Positions 8,754-19,800 of a stretch of DNA of 64,000 nucleotides are shown piece by piece. This DNA is from Mesorhizobium sp. GTDB taxonomy: Bacteria > Pseudomonadota > Alphaproteobacteria > Rhizobiales > Rhizobiaceae. Position 1 is the stretch's first letter; every line of letters starts with the position of its first letter. The stretch spans positions 12,248 through 76,247 of the forward strand of contig JANJTZ010000023.1 in NCBI GenBank assembly GCA_024710845.1, given 5' to 3'. A model generated the notes under the pieces. That model was not told the DNA's origin. It saw only the letters and a list, made by a program, of their open reading frames with translations, and ran no database searches. Made by a program: the position numbers and the translations under genes.

Positions 8754-11700
8754 CTACTTCGGGAGGCTCGCCTTGACCAGTTCGATCTTCTTGTCGACCA
8801 GGTCGATGAGCGGCGCGTAGCCGGCCTCTGAGAAGCCCTCCTTCGCCTGCTCGAACATGGACAGCGCCTGCCGGTAGTCGGCGGCGCCGCCGCCCTGGGC
8901 GGCGAGCGACCAGTGTACGTCGCCGATATTGTTCAGCGCGAAAGCCCATTGCAGCGGCTGCGCCTCGCGCGTGAAGACCTGCGTCGTCGCCTCGAAGGCA
9001 GCCTTCGCTTCGGGCAGGAAGGCCGGATTCTGCTCGCGGGTAGCGAGATTGAGCAGCGACATGCCGAGGCCGTTCTGCGCATTCGCCCAATCGACTGCCG
9101 CGTTCTGCGGGGTGAGCACGCCGAGCGCTGCCCTTCGGGCGGCGACCGACGCATGCAGGTTGTCGGTCTTCTCCTCGGTCGCGGCAAGGAATTGCAGCGC
9201 ATCGCCCATGCTGGACGTGGCAAGCGCCCACTGCATCGGCGCCCGCTCCCGCGTGTATTCGCGCAGCGCCAGATCGTAGGCCTCGATCGCCTCGCGGTAG
9301 TATTTCGCGTCTCCAGTCACCGCCGCCATCAGGCGCAGCGTGTTGCCTTCGTTGTTGTGCGTCATCGCCCAGTCGGAGGGAAAGTCCTTGCGCTTGTAGA
9401 TCTTGCGCGCGGCCCGGAACGCCTCGGTCGACTTTTCCAGCGCCGCGACGTCCTGCGTGCGCTGGCCGATGGTCTGCCAGGCCGACCCGAGATTGTTCTG
9501 CACGGATGCCCAGTCGAGCGGCGTCTTGCCGCGATCGAAGACCGTCAACGCACTTTCGTAAGCGTCGCGCGCGCTCTCGATGCTGGCCGTGCCGATCTCG
9601 TAGCGGCCAAGCATTGTGTAGCTGTTGCCGAGATTGAGCTGGCTGGCGGCCCATTGCAGCGGCCAGTTCTCCTTCGTGCGCACGGTCATCGCGGCCTTGA
9701 ACGCCTCGGCCGCCTGTTTGGCCGGCTCCGGATCGTTGCGCGCCAGCGACAGCGCGTTGAGCGTGTTGCCGAGATTGTTCTCGACCATCGCCCAGTCGAC
9801 CGGTGCCGCTTCGCGCGTGAACACTTCGAGCGCGGCGCGGTAGGACGCCTCGGCCTCGACAAGTCCCGACACGTCTCCGGTCGGCTGCGACAGTTGGAAC
9901 AGCGCGATTCCGATATTGTTGTGCGAGGACGCCCAGTCGAGCGGCACCTTTTCACGCGGACGTTTTGCCAGGGCGGCCCGGTAGGCGGCGACCGCGTCAC
10001 GGATCATCGCGGTATCGCCGGACCGCCCGCCCATGGCGAGTAGAATGTTGCCGATATTGTTCTGCGCGGCCGCCCAATTGGGATCGTCGCCGCCGGCGGC
10101 GAAGATCTCCATCGCCTCGCGGAACGTGTCGAGCGCCCGCGACAGGTTCTCGGTTCCCTCCTCGCGCTCGCCGATCGTGTTGAGCACCACCGCCATGTTG
10201 TTGCGGGTGATCGCCCAGTCACGGCCCTTCTCGCCGTTGGGCAGCATGTCGAGCACGGCCTGATAGGCGGCGAGCGCGCCGTCGAGCGAGGCGCGGTCGC
10301 CGGTGGCGGTGCCGAAACCGCGAAGCGCCTCGGCCTCAAGGTTCTTGTAGTTCCAGGCAAGACGCTCGTCCCATTTCTGGACGAGGTCGAACGCCTTGGC
10401 ATAGTCGCCGGCAGCGGCGCGGAAGTCGAAGGCGAGCGCGGCGGCGTCGGCGCGCTTCGCATAGATCGCCGCGTCGGCGATGCGCTTGTCCTTGACCTGT
10501 TCTTCAAGCGCGTCGACCGCGGCACTTCCGGCCTCGACCTTTGCCACCGCGTCGTCGAGGAATTGCCGCGCTGCGACGATCGCACCTTCGCCGATGGCTC
10601 GGTCGGCAGCACCTGCCAGCGCTAGCAGTTCCGGGTCGTCGGTGCGCAACGCCGCGCGCTCGTTCAGCATCGACTTCAGCCGGCCCGCCTGGGCGTCGAG
10701 CAATTTGCCGAGATCCTCGGGATTGGCGGGGGTCGCCTCCTCGCCCAACGCCCGCAGGATGCCGTAGAGCGAATCGAGCTTGACGCCTTCGCGCAGCGCC
10801 ACCTGCTCGACCTGGACGCGCTCGAAGTCGGGCAGGTCGGCCATGGTGAGCAGCAATTGCCGCCGCTCGCCGGTGATCGTCGCGTCGACGCCCTGCGGTT
10901 CCTCGGGCGCGATGCCGAAATAGAGGAGACGACGCAGGCTCTCGTTCATCCACGGCCGCTGGCGGGCCTTGGTGGCGAGATAGACCTCCTCGGTCACCAT
11001 GCGCATAACCTGGCCGAACTCGAGGCCTTTCATCGCGGCGAGGTGGCGGATCAACGCCGCGGCATAGGGGCTGTTGGCGCCCGATTCGCCGTCGAGCGCC
11101 GGCTGGCCGGGCTCGGCGGCAAAGCCGATCACCGTGCCGAGATTGTCGCTCGTCGGCGCCGGCGCCTTGAAGCCGGTGACGCCACGGACAACACCCAGTC
11201 CTCCGGCGGAGACGGGTTCGCTCGAACCGGTCGGCGTGCGCTTCAGCGTCGCGCCCGGCGGGAACGGGTTGGTGCGGCAAGCGTCGAGCAGGACAATCGT
11301 CACCGGTACCGTCTTCTTCAGCTCATCGAGGATCGAGGCGAGCGAGACGAAGGAGTCCTCGGCGGTCTCCAGGGACGCCGGGCCTGCGTCCACAGGGATC
11401 AGCCAGTTGTCGCCCGCCGCCTCGATGCCGTGGCCGGAATAATAGAGGAGCGCCACGTCCGCATCTTCGGCGTCTTCCGCGAAACGCTCGAGATCGCGGC
11501 GCAGCTTCGATGCGTCGCGGTCGGTCACGCCGCGGGCGTCGAAGCCGAGATCGGTGAGCAGCTTCACCATTTCGCGGGCGTCGTTGGCCGGGTTGGGCAG
11601 CGCCTGGATGTTCTCGTAGGCCGACTGGCCGATGACCAGCGCCACACCGTTGAGGCTCTTCGGCTCCTGCGCAGAGCACGGTTGTGCCGCGAACAGCATC

Positions 11701-11756
11701 GCGACCGCCCACATGGCGGCCACAAGCCTGCACAGGTACCGGTTGAGAAGCTGCAC
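8754..11756 (-). CDS. Secreted caspase-fold (peptidase C14) protein with a C-terminal 47-residue-repeat solenoid
   Basis: 1000 aa with GTG start and signal peptide ...AMLFAAQPCSA|QE. C14 dyad contexts are LLYYSGHG (H109) and IVLLDACR (C160). Ten (P)xDWAxxxNNxGN repeats are spaced exactly 47 aa apart (W514...W937). Confidence 0.85.
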   Translation of the reverse strand: MQLLNRYLCRLVAAMWAVAMLFAAQPCSAQEPKSLNGVALVIGQSAYENIQALPNPANDAREMVKLLTDLGFDARGVTDRDASKLRRDLERFAEDAEDADVALLYYSGHGIEAAGDNWLIPVDAGPASLETAEDSFVSLASILDELKKTVPVTIVLLDACRTNPFPPGATLKRTPTGSSEPVSAGGLGVVRGVTGFKAPAPTSDNLGTVIGFAAEPGQPALDGESGANSPYAAALIRHLAAMKGLEFGQVMRMVTEEVYLATKARQRPWMNESLRRLLYFGIAPEEPQGVDATITGERRQLLLTMADLPDFERVQVEQVALREGVKLDSLYGILRALGEEATPANPEDLGKLLDAQAGRLKSMLNERAALRTDDPELLALAGAADRAIGEGAIVAARQFLDDAVAKVEAGSAAVDALEEQVKDKRIADAAIYAKRADAAALAFDFRAAAGDYAKAFDLVQKWDERLAWNYKNLEAEALRGFGTATGDRASLDGALAAYQAVLDMLPNGEKGRDWAITRNNMAVVLNTIGEREEGTENLSRALDTFREAMEIFAAGGDDPNWAAAQNNIGNILLAMGGRSGDTAMIRDAVAAYRAALAKRPREKVPLDWASSHNNIGIALFQLSQPTGDVSGLVEAEASYRAALEVFTREAAPVDWAMVENNLGNTLNALSLARNDPEPAKQAAEAFKAAMTVRTKENWPLQWAASQLNLGNSYTMLGRYEIGTASIESARDAYESALTVFDRGKTPLDWASVQNNLGSAWQTIGQRTQDVAALEKSTEAFRAARKIYKRKDFPSDWAMTHNNEGNTLRLMAAVTGDAKYYREAIEAYDLALREYTRERAPMQWALATSSMGDALQFLAATEEKTDNLHASVAARRAALGVLTPQNAAVDWANAQNGLGMSLLNLATREQNPAFLPEAKAAFEATTQVFTREAQPLQWAFALNNIGDVHWSLAAQGGGAADYRQALSMFEQAKEGFSEAGYAPLIDLVDKKIELVKASLPK

Positions 11757-11844
11757 GCGTATCGATCCGGGCCGAATATGCCTTTGCCGTCCGGGATTTC
11801 GGACGAGTGCGCGCTAGCATAGAACGGTATCGGGACTGTGTCGC

Positions 11845-11866
11845 CGCCGCGGAGAGACGCGGCGGT
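11845..11866 (-). terminator. GC hairpin downstream of the cytochrome c gene; possible terminator or attenuator
   Basis: Perfect 8-bp stem CCGCCGCG/CGCGGCGG with a 6-nt loop, 22 nt after the stop. There is no U-tract on the minus strand, so function is uncertain. Confidence 0.3.
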
Positions 11867-11887
11867 TTCAGCTCCGACCGGGCCGGA

Positions 11888-12286
11888 TCAATTGGAGAAG
11901 GTCTTGATGTAGGCGATCACGTCGAGGCGTTCCTTCTCGACCTTGAGGCCGGCGAAAGCCATCTTGTTGCCCGGAACCTTCTTCTTCGGGTCGGTGATGT
12001 ATTCGGCGATGGCTGCCTCGTCCCACACGAGTCCTGCTGCGCCGGCTTCCTTCATCGCCTTCGAATAGCCCGCGGCCTTCGCCGCGAATTCGGCTTCGGT
12101 GCCGGCGGTGCGGCCGATCACACCGTTGAGCGACGGGCCGAGCGGCTTCTTCGTCTCGCCGATGCCGTGGCAGACGGCACATTTGATGAAGACTTTCTTG
12201 CCGGCCTCGGCATCCTGGGCGGTCGCCTGACCGGCAAAGGCGAGAACGGCAAATGCGGCGGCTGCAACTCCGTAGGCTTTCAACAT
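11888..12286 (-). CDS. Class I c-type cytochrome (cytochrome c2/c550-like)
   Basis: Signal peptide MLKAYGVAAAAFAVLAFAGQATA, haem motif CAVCH, distal ...KMAFAGL... methionine region. Confidence 0.85.
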   Translation of the reverse strand: MLKAYGVAAAAFAVLAFAGQATAQDAEAGKKVFIKCAVCHGIGETKKPLGPSLNGVIGRTAGTEAEFAAKAAGYSKAMKEAGAAGLVWDEAAIAEYITDPKKKVPGNKMAFAGLKVEKERLDVIAYIKTFSN

Positions 12287-12391
12287 TTCGACCTCCAATG
12301 GTTGCGAAGACCAAATAGCTTGGCGGCCAAAGCGGTCAAGCGTGCCTTTGTCGCATGTGCGGCTATCGGCGTTAGTCTTTGGAACGATACA

Positions 12392-13072
12392 CTACAGCGA
12401 AGTCCGAAGCACATATCCCGGCGGATGAACGAGACGGACGAGAGTGACCGGCGCCTCGCCGATGAAGGTCGCACGTTCTGCGACGAACACTGCCTCGCCC
12501 GGCGGCAGACCGAGGATCTCCGCCTCGCTGGCCGAGGCCCGCGCGGCGCGGAACGAGAAATCTGCCCGGGAGAACGGGGCGTTCTGCACCAGCCATTCGT
12601 TCGGGCTGATCCCGGCGAAGCTCTCGGCGAGCGCCGAAGGCACCGACACCGGATTGATCCAGCGGTCTTCGAACTGGTAGGGCGCGCCGTCGGCGAGATG
12701 CAGGCAGCGCAGGTGCAGCAGATCGCCTGAAAGGCCAAGGCGCGCACGAACCAGCTCAGGCGCCGGCTCGATGTCGCGCGACAGGAGCGCATAGCGGTAG
12801 GCAGCACCCTCGGCCTCGATCTCCTGGCGCACCAGCGGGATGACGAAGCGCGCCTCGCGCACCGGATGCAGCGCGATCCGCGTACCTGCCTTGCGCTTGC
12901 GCTCGACGACTCCGGCGCGGGCGAGTTCCTGCAGGGCGCGGTTAACGGTTGCGCGCGCCGAGCCAAATTCGCGGGCGAGATCCTCTTCGCCCGGGATCGT
13001 CGTGCCGGGGGCCCATTGGCGGGTCGCGATACGGCGTTCCATCTCCTGCTTGATCGCGCGAAAGGATGCCAT
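12392..13072 (-). CDS. hutC: Histidine utilization repressor, GntR/HutC subfamily
   Basis: 226 aa; GntR wHTH (PGEEDLAREFGSARATVNRALQELARAGVVERKRKAGT) plus a UTRA-like C-terminus. Its start shares one nt with the hutF stop. Confidence 0.85.
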   Translation of the reverse strand: MASFRAIKQEMERRIATRQWAPGTTIPGEEDLAREFGSARATVNRALQELARAGVVERKRKAGTRIALHPVREARFVIPLVRQEIEAEGAAYRYALLSRDIEPAPELVRARLGLSGDLLHLRCLHLADGAPYQFEDRWINPVSVPSALAESFAGISPNEWLVQNAPFSRADFSFRAARASASEAEILGLPPGEAVFVAERATFIGEAPVTLVRLVHPPGYVLRTSL

Positions 13073-14526
13073 CAGAAGCGCTCCAGAACCGATGTGAGGC
13101 AGGCTCGATAGCGCGCCGCGATCGCCTCGCGCGCGACGTGCCGGCCGGCTTTGACACGATGGCGACCGGCCGACCAGAGTTCGGAGACCGCCGCATTACC
13201 GGCTGAGAAGATCCACGCGTCGAGTGCGGCGGAGCCGCCAAGCGGCGCGAAGCCCGCGGCATCGAGGTCGAGAGAGACGAGGTCCGCCCACATTCCGGGC
13301 TCTATTGCGCCCGACGCGCGGCCAAGGGCCCTCGCGCCTCCGGCGAGCGCCCCTCGATAGAGAACATCTCCGGCGGACCGGCCCGGCGGCGCCAGCACCA
13401 CGCGCAGCCGGTCGCGCAGGCGTTGCGAATACTCGAGCTGGCGCAGTTCCTCGGTGGCGGCGATACGGACGTTGGAATCGGAGCCGACGCCGAACGAGCC
13501 ACGCGCGCCGAGAAAGCGCGCGCCGTCGAAGATGCCGTCGCCGAGATTGGCCTCCGTCACCGGGCACAGGCCCGCGACCGCGCCCGAGCGCGCCAGACCC
13601 TCGGTCTCGGCGGGATTCATGTGGGTGCAGTGGATCAAGCACCAGCGCGCCGATACGTCGTGCTCGGACAAAAGCCATTCGACCGGACGGGCGCCAAAGG
13701 CGGCGCGGGTCTCGTCCAGTTCCTTCTCCTGCTCGGCGATGTGCATGTGCAGCGGCCGCTCCGGCGCCAGCGGCGCGAGGTGCCTGAGGTCGTCGCGCGA
13801 CACCGCGCGCAGCGAATGCGGCGCGATGCCCCACGACGCATCGGCCGGCAGGTTGGCAATCACATCCGGCATCCGCGCGGCGAGTTTCTCGAATGACTCG
13901 AGGCTGTTGCGGAAGCGCATTTGTCCGCCAGCCAGAGGGCGCCCGTCGACGCCGCCCTGCGCATAGTGAACCGGCAGCAGCGTCAGGCCGATCCCAGTCG
14001 CCCGCGCCGCGGCCGCGATGCGCTCGGACAGCTCCGCGGGGTCGTCGTAGCGCGCGCCGCCCGGGCGGTTGTGCAGATAATGGAACTCGGCCACGGCCGA
14101 AAAGCCGGCCTCCTGCATCTCCATGAAGGCGAAGGCTGCGATCGCCTCGATCTCGTCGGGCGTCAGCACGTCGAGGAAGCGGTACATCACTTCACGCCAG
14201 GTCCAGAAGGAATCGTGTTGCGAGGGACCGCGCGCTTCCGTGAGACCCGCCATCGCGCGCTGGAACGTGTGGCTGTGCAGATTGGACAGCGCCGGGAGCA
14301 GGACTGGCACCTGGACAGCGCCGGGCACGAAAGCCGCGCCTGTAGCGACTGAGGCGATCCGCCCATCGGGACCAATCTCAACCCGGACATTCTTCGACCA
14401 GCCATCCGGCAGCAACGCATTCGAGGCGTGGATCGCAACCCCGTCTGCCGTCATCCTCGGGCTTGTCCCGAGGATCCGCGGCGGTGCGCCGTTGGCCATT
14501 TCTGCTGTCGCCTCACCCGCGTTCAT
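13072..14526 (-). CDS. hutF: Formimidoylglutamate deiminase
   Basis: C-terminal part of the 765-aa ORF. Amidohydrolase motif LSNLHSHTFQRAMAGLTE, within the hut locus. Start chosen at MNAGE (AAGAGG 7 nt upstream); ATG at 14454 is an alternative. Confidence 0.85.
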   Translation of the reverse strand: MNAGEATAEMANGAPPRILGTSPRMTADGVAIHASNALLPDGWSKNVRVEIGPDGRIASVATGAAFVPGAVQVPVLLPALSNLHSHTFQRAMAGLTEARGPSQHDSFWTWREVMYRFLDVLTPDEIEAIAAFAFMEMQEAGFSAVAEFHYLHNRPGGARYDDPAELSERIAAAARATGIGLTLLPVHYAQGGVDGRPLAGGQMRFRNSLESFEKLAARMPDVIANLPADASWGIAPHSLRAVSRDDLRHLAPLAPERPLHMHIAEQEKELDETRAAFGARPVEWLLSEHDVSARWCLIHCTHMNPAETEGLARSGAVAGLCPVTEANLGDGIFDGARFLGARGSFGVGSDSNVRIAATEELRQLEYSQRLRDRLRVVLAPPGRSAGDVLYRGALAGGARALGRASGAIEPGMWADLVSLDLDAAGFAPLGGSAALDAWIFSAGNAAVSELWSAGRHRVKAGRHVAREAIAARYRACLTSVLERF

Positions 14527-14547
14527 GACCTCGCCTCTTGACACATT

Positions 14548-14580
14548 ATGTCTATGCATAATAGCAATATGCGCAGACAT
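14548..14580. promoter_or_regulatory. 33-bp imperfect palindrome in the hutF/hutI divergent region; candidate HutC operator overlapping a TTGACA -35 box
   Basis: ATGTCTATGCATAAT-AGC-AATATGCGCAGACAT, arms complementary at 12/15 positions. AT-rich within a GC-rich genome. TTGACA lies at 14538-14543, with TAATAG/ATAGCA 15-17 nt downstream. Confidence 0.45.
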
Positions 14581-14595
14581 TAAAAGCGAAATCCG

Positions 14596-15786
14596 ATGGC
14601 TCGTCTCGTTCTCGACACTCTGCGCATCGCGACGATGGCTCCCGCCGCCGGCTGGGGCCTGGTCGACGGCGCCATCGGCATCGAGGACGGGCGCATCGCC
14701 TTCGTCGGCGCTGTCCCGGCAGACTGGCGCGGAGTCGAGCGCGAGGATTTCGGCGGGCGACTGGCAACGCCGGCGCTGATCGACTGCCACACCCATCTCG
14801 TCTTCGGCGGCAACCGCGCGAAGGAATTCGAGATGCGGCTGGAAGGCGCGACCTACGAGGAGATCGCGCGCGCCGGCGGCGGCATCGTCTCGACGGTGGC
14901 GCAGACGCGCGCGCTCACGGAAGACGAACTTGTCGCCCAGGCCCTGCCCCGGCTCGACGCCATGCTGGCGGAAGGCGTCGCAACAGTCGAAATCAAGTCG
15001 GGCTACGGGCTGACGATCGCGGACGAGCTGAAGATGCTCCGCGTCGCGCGCCGGCTGGGTGAGCTGCGGCCCGTGCGCGTCGTCACGTCCTGGCTCGCGG
15101 CCCATGCAGTGCCTGCCGAATACAAAGGCCGCGCGGAGGCTTATCTCGACGACGTCGTGCTGCCGGGGCTCGACGCGGCCCATGCCGAAGGACTGGTCGA
15201 CGCTGTCGACGGGTTCTGCGAGGGCATCGCGTTTTCGCCGGCACAGATGTCGCGCGTGTTCGACCACGCGCGCGCGCTCGGCCTGCCGGTGAAGCTCCAC
15301 GCCGAACAGCTCTCCAATCTCGGCGGCGCCAAGCTCGCGGCATCGTACGGCGCGCTGTCGGCCGACCATCTCGAATACCTCGACGCCGCGGGCGTTGCCG
15401 CTATGGCCGCCAGCGGCACCGTTGCCGTGCTGCTCCCCGGCGCCTACTATTTCCTGCGCGAGACGCAGGCGCCGCCGGTGGCGCTGCTGCGCGAGGCCCG
15501 CTTGCCGATTGCGGTCGCCACCGACTGCAATCCCGGTTCCTCGCCACTCGCCTCGCCGCTTCTAGCGATGAACATGGCCTGCACGCTGTTCCGCCTCACG
15601 CCGCAGGAGGCGCTGGCGGGCTTCACCCGTAATGCCGCGCGGGCGCTGGGGCTCCAAACCGAGATTGGCACGCTGGAGCAAGGCAAACGCGCCGAGATCG
15701 CCGTCTGGGACGTCGCCGACCCGGCCGAGCTCGCCTACCGCATCGGCTTCAACCCGCTGCACCGCCTGATCGGAGCCGCCGCATGA
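14596..15786 (+). CDS. hutI: Imidazolonepropionase
   Basis: 396 aa; [14 protein letters not shown]...GGGIVSTV...KLHAEQL...ADHLEY are HutI signatures. Confidence 0.95.
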   Translation: MARLVLDTLRIATMAPAAGWGLVDGAIGIEDGRIAFVGAVPADWRGVEREDFGGRLATPALIDCHTHLVFGGNRAKEFEMRLEGATYEEIARAGGGIVSTVAQTRALTEDELVAQALPRLDAMLAEGVATVEIKSGYGLTIADELKMLRVARRLGELRPVRVVTSWLAAHAVPAEYKGRAEAYLDDVVLPGLDAAHAEGLVDAVDGFCEGIAFSPAQMSRVFDHARALGLPVKLHAEQLSNLGGAKLAASYGALSADHLEYLDAAGVAAMAASGTVAVLLPGAYYFLRETQAPPVALLREARLPIAVATDCNPGSSPLASPLLAMNMACTLFRLTPQEALAGFTRNAARALGLQTEIGTLEQGKRAEIAVWDVADPAELAYRIGFNPLHRLIGAAA

Positions 15787-17318
15787 CCATCATCCTCCGC
15801 CCTGGCGCAGTGCCGCTCTCCGACCTCGAAGCGATCTATCGCAGCGGCCAGGCCGCCCGGTTGGACGATACCTTCCGGCCCGGCATCGCGAAGGCCGCGG
15901 CGCGGATCGCCGAGATCGCCGGCGGATCCGAGGCGGTCTACGGCATCAACACCGGCTTCGGAAAGCTCGCCTCGGTGCGCATCGCCGCCGACGACCTCGC
16001 GACGCTGCAGCGCAACCTCATCCTGTCGCATTGCTGCGGCGTCGGTGCGCCGCTTTCGGCCGACATCGTGCGCCTGATCATGGCGCTGAAGCTGATCTCG
16101 CTCGGCCGCGGCGCGTCCGGCATCCGGCCGCACGTCGTGGAGCTGATCGAGGCGATGCTGGCGGCCGATGTCATCCCCGTCATTCCCGAAAAGGGCTCGG
16201 TCGGCGCGTCGGGCGACCTGGCGCCGCTAGCGCACATGACCGCCGCGATGATCGGCGAAGGCGAAGCCTACTTTGCCGGCGAACGAATGGGCGCGCGCGA
16301 CGCGCTCGCGAAGGCCGGCCTTGCCCCGGTCGTGCTCGCCGCCAAGGAGGGCCTGGCGCTGATCAACGGCACCCAGGTCTCGACGGCACTGGCGCTGGTC
16401 GGCCTGTTCCGCGCGCATCGCGCCGCCAATGCCGCACTGATCACCGGCGCGCTGTCCACCGACGCGGCGATGGGCTCGTCAGCCCCCTTCGTCGCGGAGA
16501 TCCACACGCTGCGCGGCCATCGCGGGCAGATCGAGACGGCGGCCGCACTTCGCCTGCTGATGGCCGGCTCGCAGATCCGCGACAGCCATCTCGAGGGCGA
16601 CGAGCGCGTGCAGGATCCCTATTGCATCCGCTGCCAGCCGCAGGTCGACGGCGCCTGCCTCGACCTCTTGCGCATGGCCGCGCGGACGCTCGAAACCGAG
16701 GCCAATGCCGTCACCGACAATCCGCTGGTGCTGTCCGACGGCTCGGTCGTGTCGGGCGGCAATTTCCACGCCGAGCCGGTGGCCTTCGCCGCCGACCAGA
16801 TCGCGATTGCGGTCTGCGAGATCGGCGCGATCTCGCAGCGCCGCATCGCGCTCCTCGTCGACCCCACGCTGTCCTTCGGCCTGCCTGCCTTCCTGGCGAA
16901 AAGGCCGGGTTTGAACTCGGGACTTATGATCGCCGAGGTCACCTCGGCCGCGCTGATGAGCGAGAACAAGCAGATGGCGCACCCGGCCTCGGTCGATTCG
17001 ACACCCACCTCCGCCAACCAGGAGGATCATGTCTCGATGGCCTGCCACGGCGCGCGGCGGCTGCTGCAGATGACCGACAACCTGGCCGGCATCGTCGGCA
17101 TCGAGGCGATCACCGCCGCGCAAGGCGTCGACTTCCGCGCGCCGCTGAGGACCGGCACGGAACTGCTGAAGGCCCACGCCGCGATCCGCGCCGCGGTACC
17201 GACGCTCGAGGTCGACCGCTACATGGCCGGCGACCTCGCGGTGGCGGCGGACCTTGTCACGTCCGGCGCGCTCAACGCCAGCGTCAGCGCGGGCGTACTG
17301 CCGGGGCTGAACGCATGA
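15783..17318 (+). CDS. hutH: Histidine ammonia-lyase
   Basis: 511 aa; MIO-forming [14 protein letters not shown] motif. ATGA overlap with hutI. Confidence 0.95.
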   Translation: MTIILRPGAVPLSDLEAIYRSGQAARLDDTFRPGIAKAAARIAEIAGGSEAVYGINTGFGKLASVRIAADDLATLQRNLILSHCCGVGAPLSADIVRLIMALKLISLGRGASGIRPHVVELIEAMLAADVIPVIPEKGSVGASGDLAPLAHMTAAMIGEGEAYFAGERMGARDALAKAGLAPVVLAAKEGLALINGTQVSTALALVGLFRAHRAANAALITGALSTDAAMGSSAPFVAEIHTLRGHRGQIETAAALRLLMAGSQIRDSHLEGDERVQDPYCIRCQPQVDGACLDLLRMAARTLETEANAVTDNPLVLSDGSVVSGGNFHAEPVAFAADQIAIAVCEIGAISQRRIALLVDPTLSFGLPAFLAKRPGLNSGLMIAEVTSAALMSENKQMAHPASVDSTPTSANQEDHVSMACHGARRLLQMTDNLAGIVGIEAITAAQGVDFRAPLRTGTELLKAHAAIRAAVPTLEVDRYMAGDLAVAADLVTSGALNASVSAGVLPGLNA

Positions 17319-18123
17319 GCGTGGTCGAGATCCACCGCGGCGCCTCGCCCGTCATCCTCGCCTTCCCCCATACCGGGACCGAGGTTCCGTCTGACATCGC
17401 CGCGCGCCTGAACGCCGAGGGCGCCAAGCTCCGCGACACCGACTGGCACATCCACCGCCTCTATGCCGGCCTGCTTCCGGACGCCACGACCGTGCGGGCC
17501 ACATTCCACCGCTACGTCATCGACGCCAACCGCGACCCGTCGGGCGTCAGCCTCTATCCGGGGCAGAACACGACCGGGCTGGTGCCGACGACCGATTTCG
17601 ACAACCAGCCTATCTGGACGGCCGGCGCGGAACCGACCGCGGCCGACGTCGCGGAGCGGCTCGCGCGCTTCCACCGCCCCTACCATGCCGCGCTCGAAGC
17701 CGAGATCGAGCGCGTGACGGCGCTGCACGGCATCGCGGTCGTCTACGATTGCCACTCGATCCGCTCGCGCTGCCCGTTCCTGTTCGACGGCGTGCTGCCC
17801 GACTTCAATATCGGCACCGACAATGGCCGGACCTGCGCCCCCGAGATCGAGCGCGCTGTAGCCGACATTTGCGCGAACGCCGAAGGCTACACCTCCGTGC
17901 TCAACGGCCGCTTCCGCGGCGGCTGGACCACGCGGCACTACGGCCGGCCCGAGACCGGCGTCCACGCCATCCAGATGGAACTTGCCCAGATCACCCATCT
18001 GGCAACGGAGGCGCTGCCCTTCGACCTCGACCCCGACAGGGCAAGCCGGCTCCGCCCGGTGCTCGCAGACATCCTGACCGCGATCGCGGAGATCGCCACC
18101 GCTCTTCCGAAAGGAACCCGCCC

Positions 18124-18127
<4 letters not shown>
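17315..18127 (+). CDS. hutG: N-formylglutamate amidohydrolase
   Basis: 270 aa starting [29 protein letters not shown] overlaps at both ends. The 698-aa ORF 16031..18127 is an out-of-frame read-through of hutH. Confidence 0.9.

Positions 18128-19796
<1,669 letters not shown>

Positions 19797-19800
<4 letters not shown>

Noticed and set aside
14527-15369. N-terminal 281-aa extension of the hutF ORF (765-aa ORF 13072..15369)
   Set aside because: The extension runs antisense through hutI and the AT-rich control region. HutF homology begins near MNAGE/MTADGV, and a good Shine-Dalgarno precedes 14526.
16031-17314. Upstream 428 aa of the 698-aa ORF 16031..18127
   Set aside because: It is an alternative frame of hutH, Arg/Pro/Gly-rich. 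Only the last 270 aa (from ATG 17315, ATGA-coupled to hutH) look like N-formylglutamate amidohydrolase.
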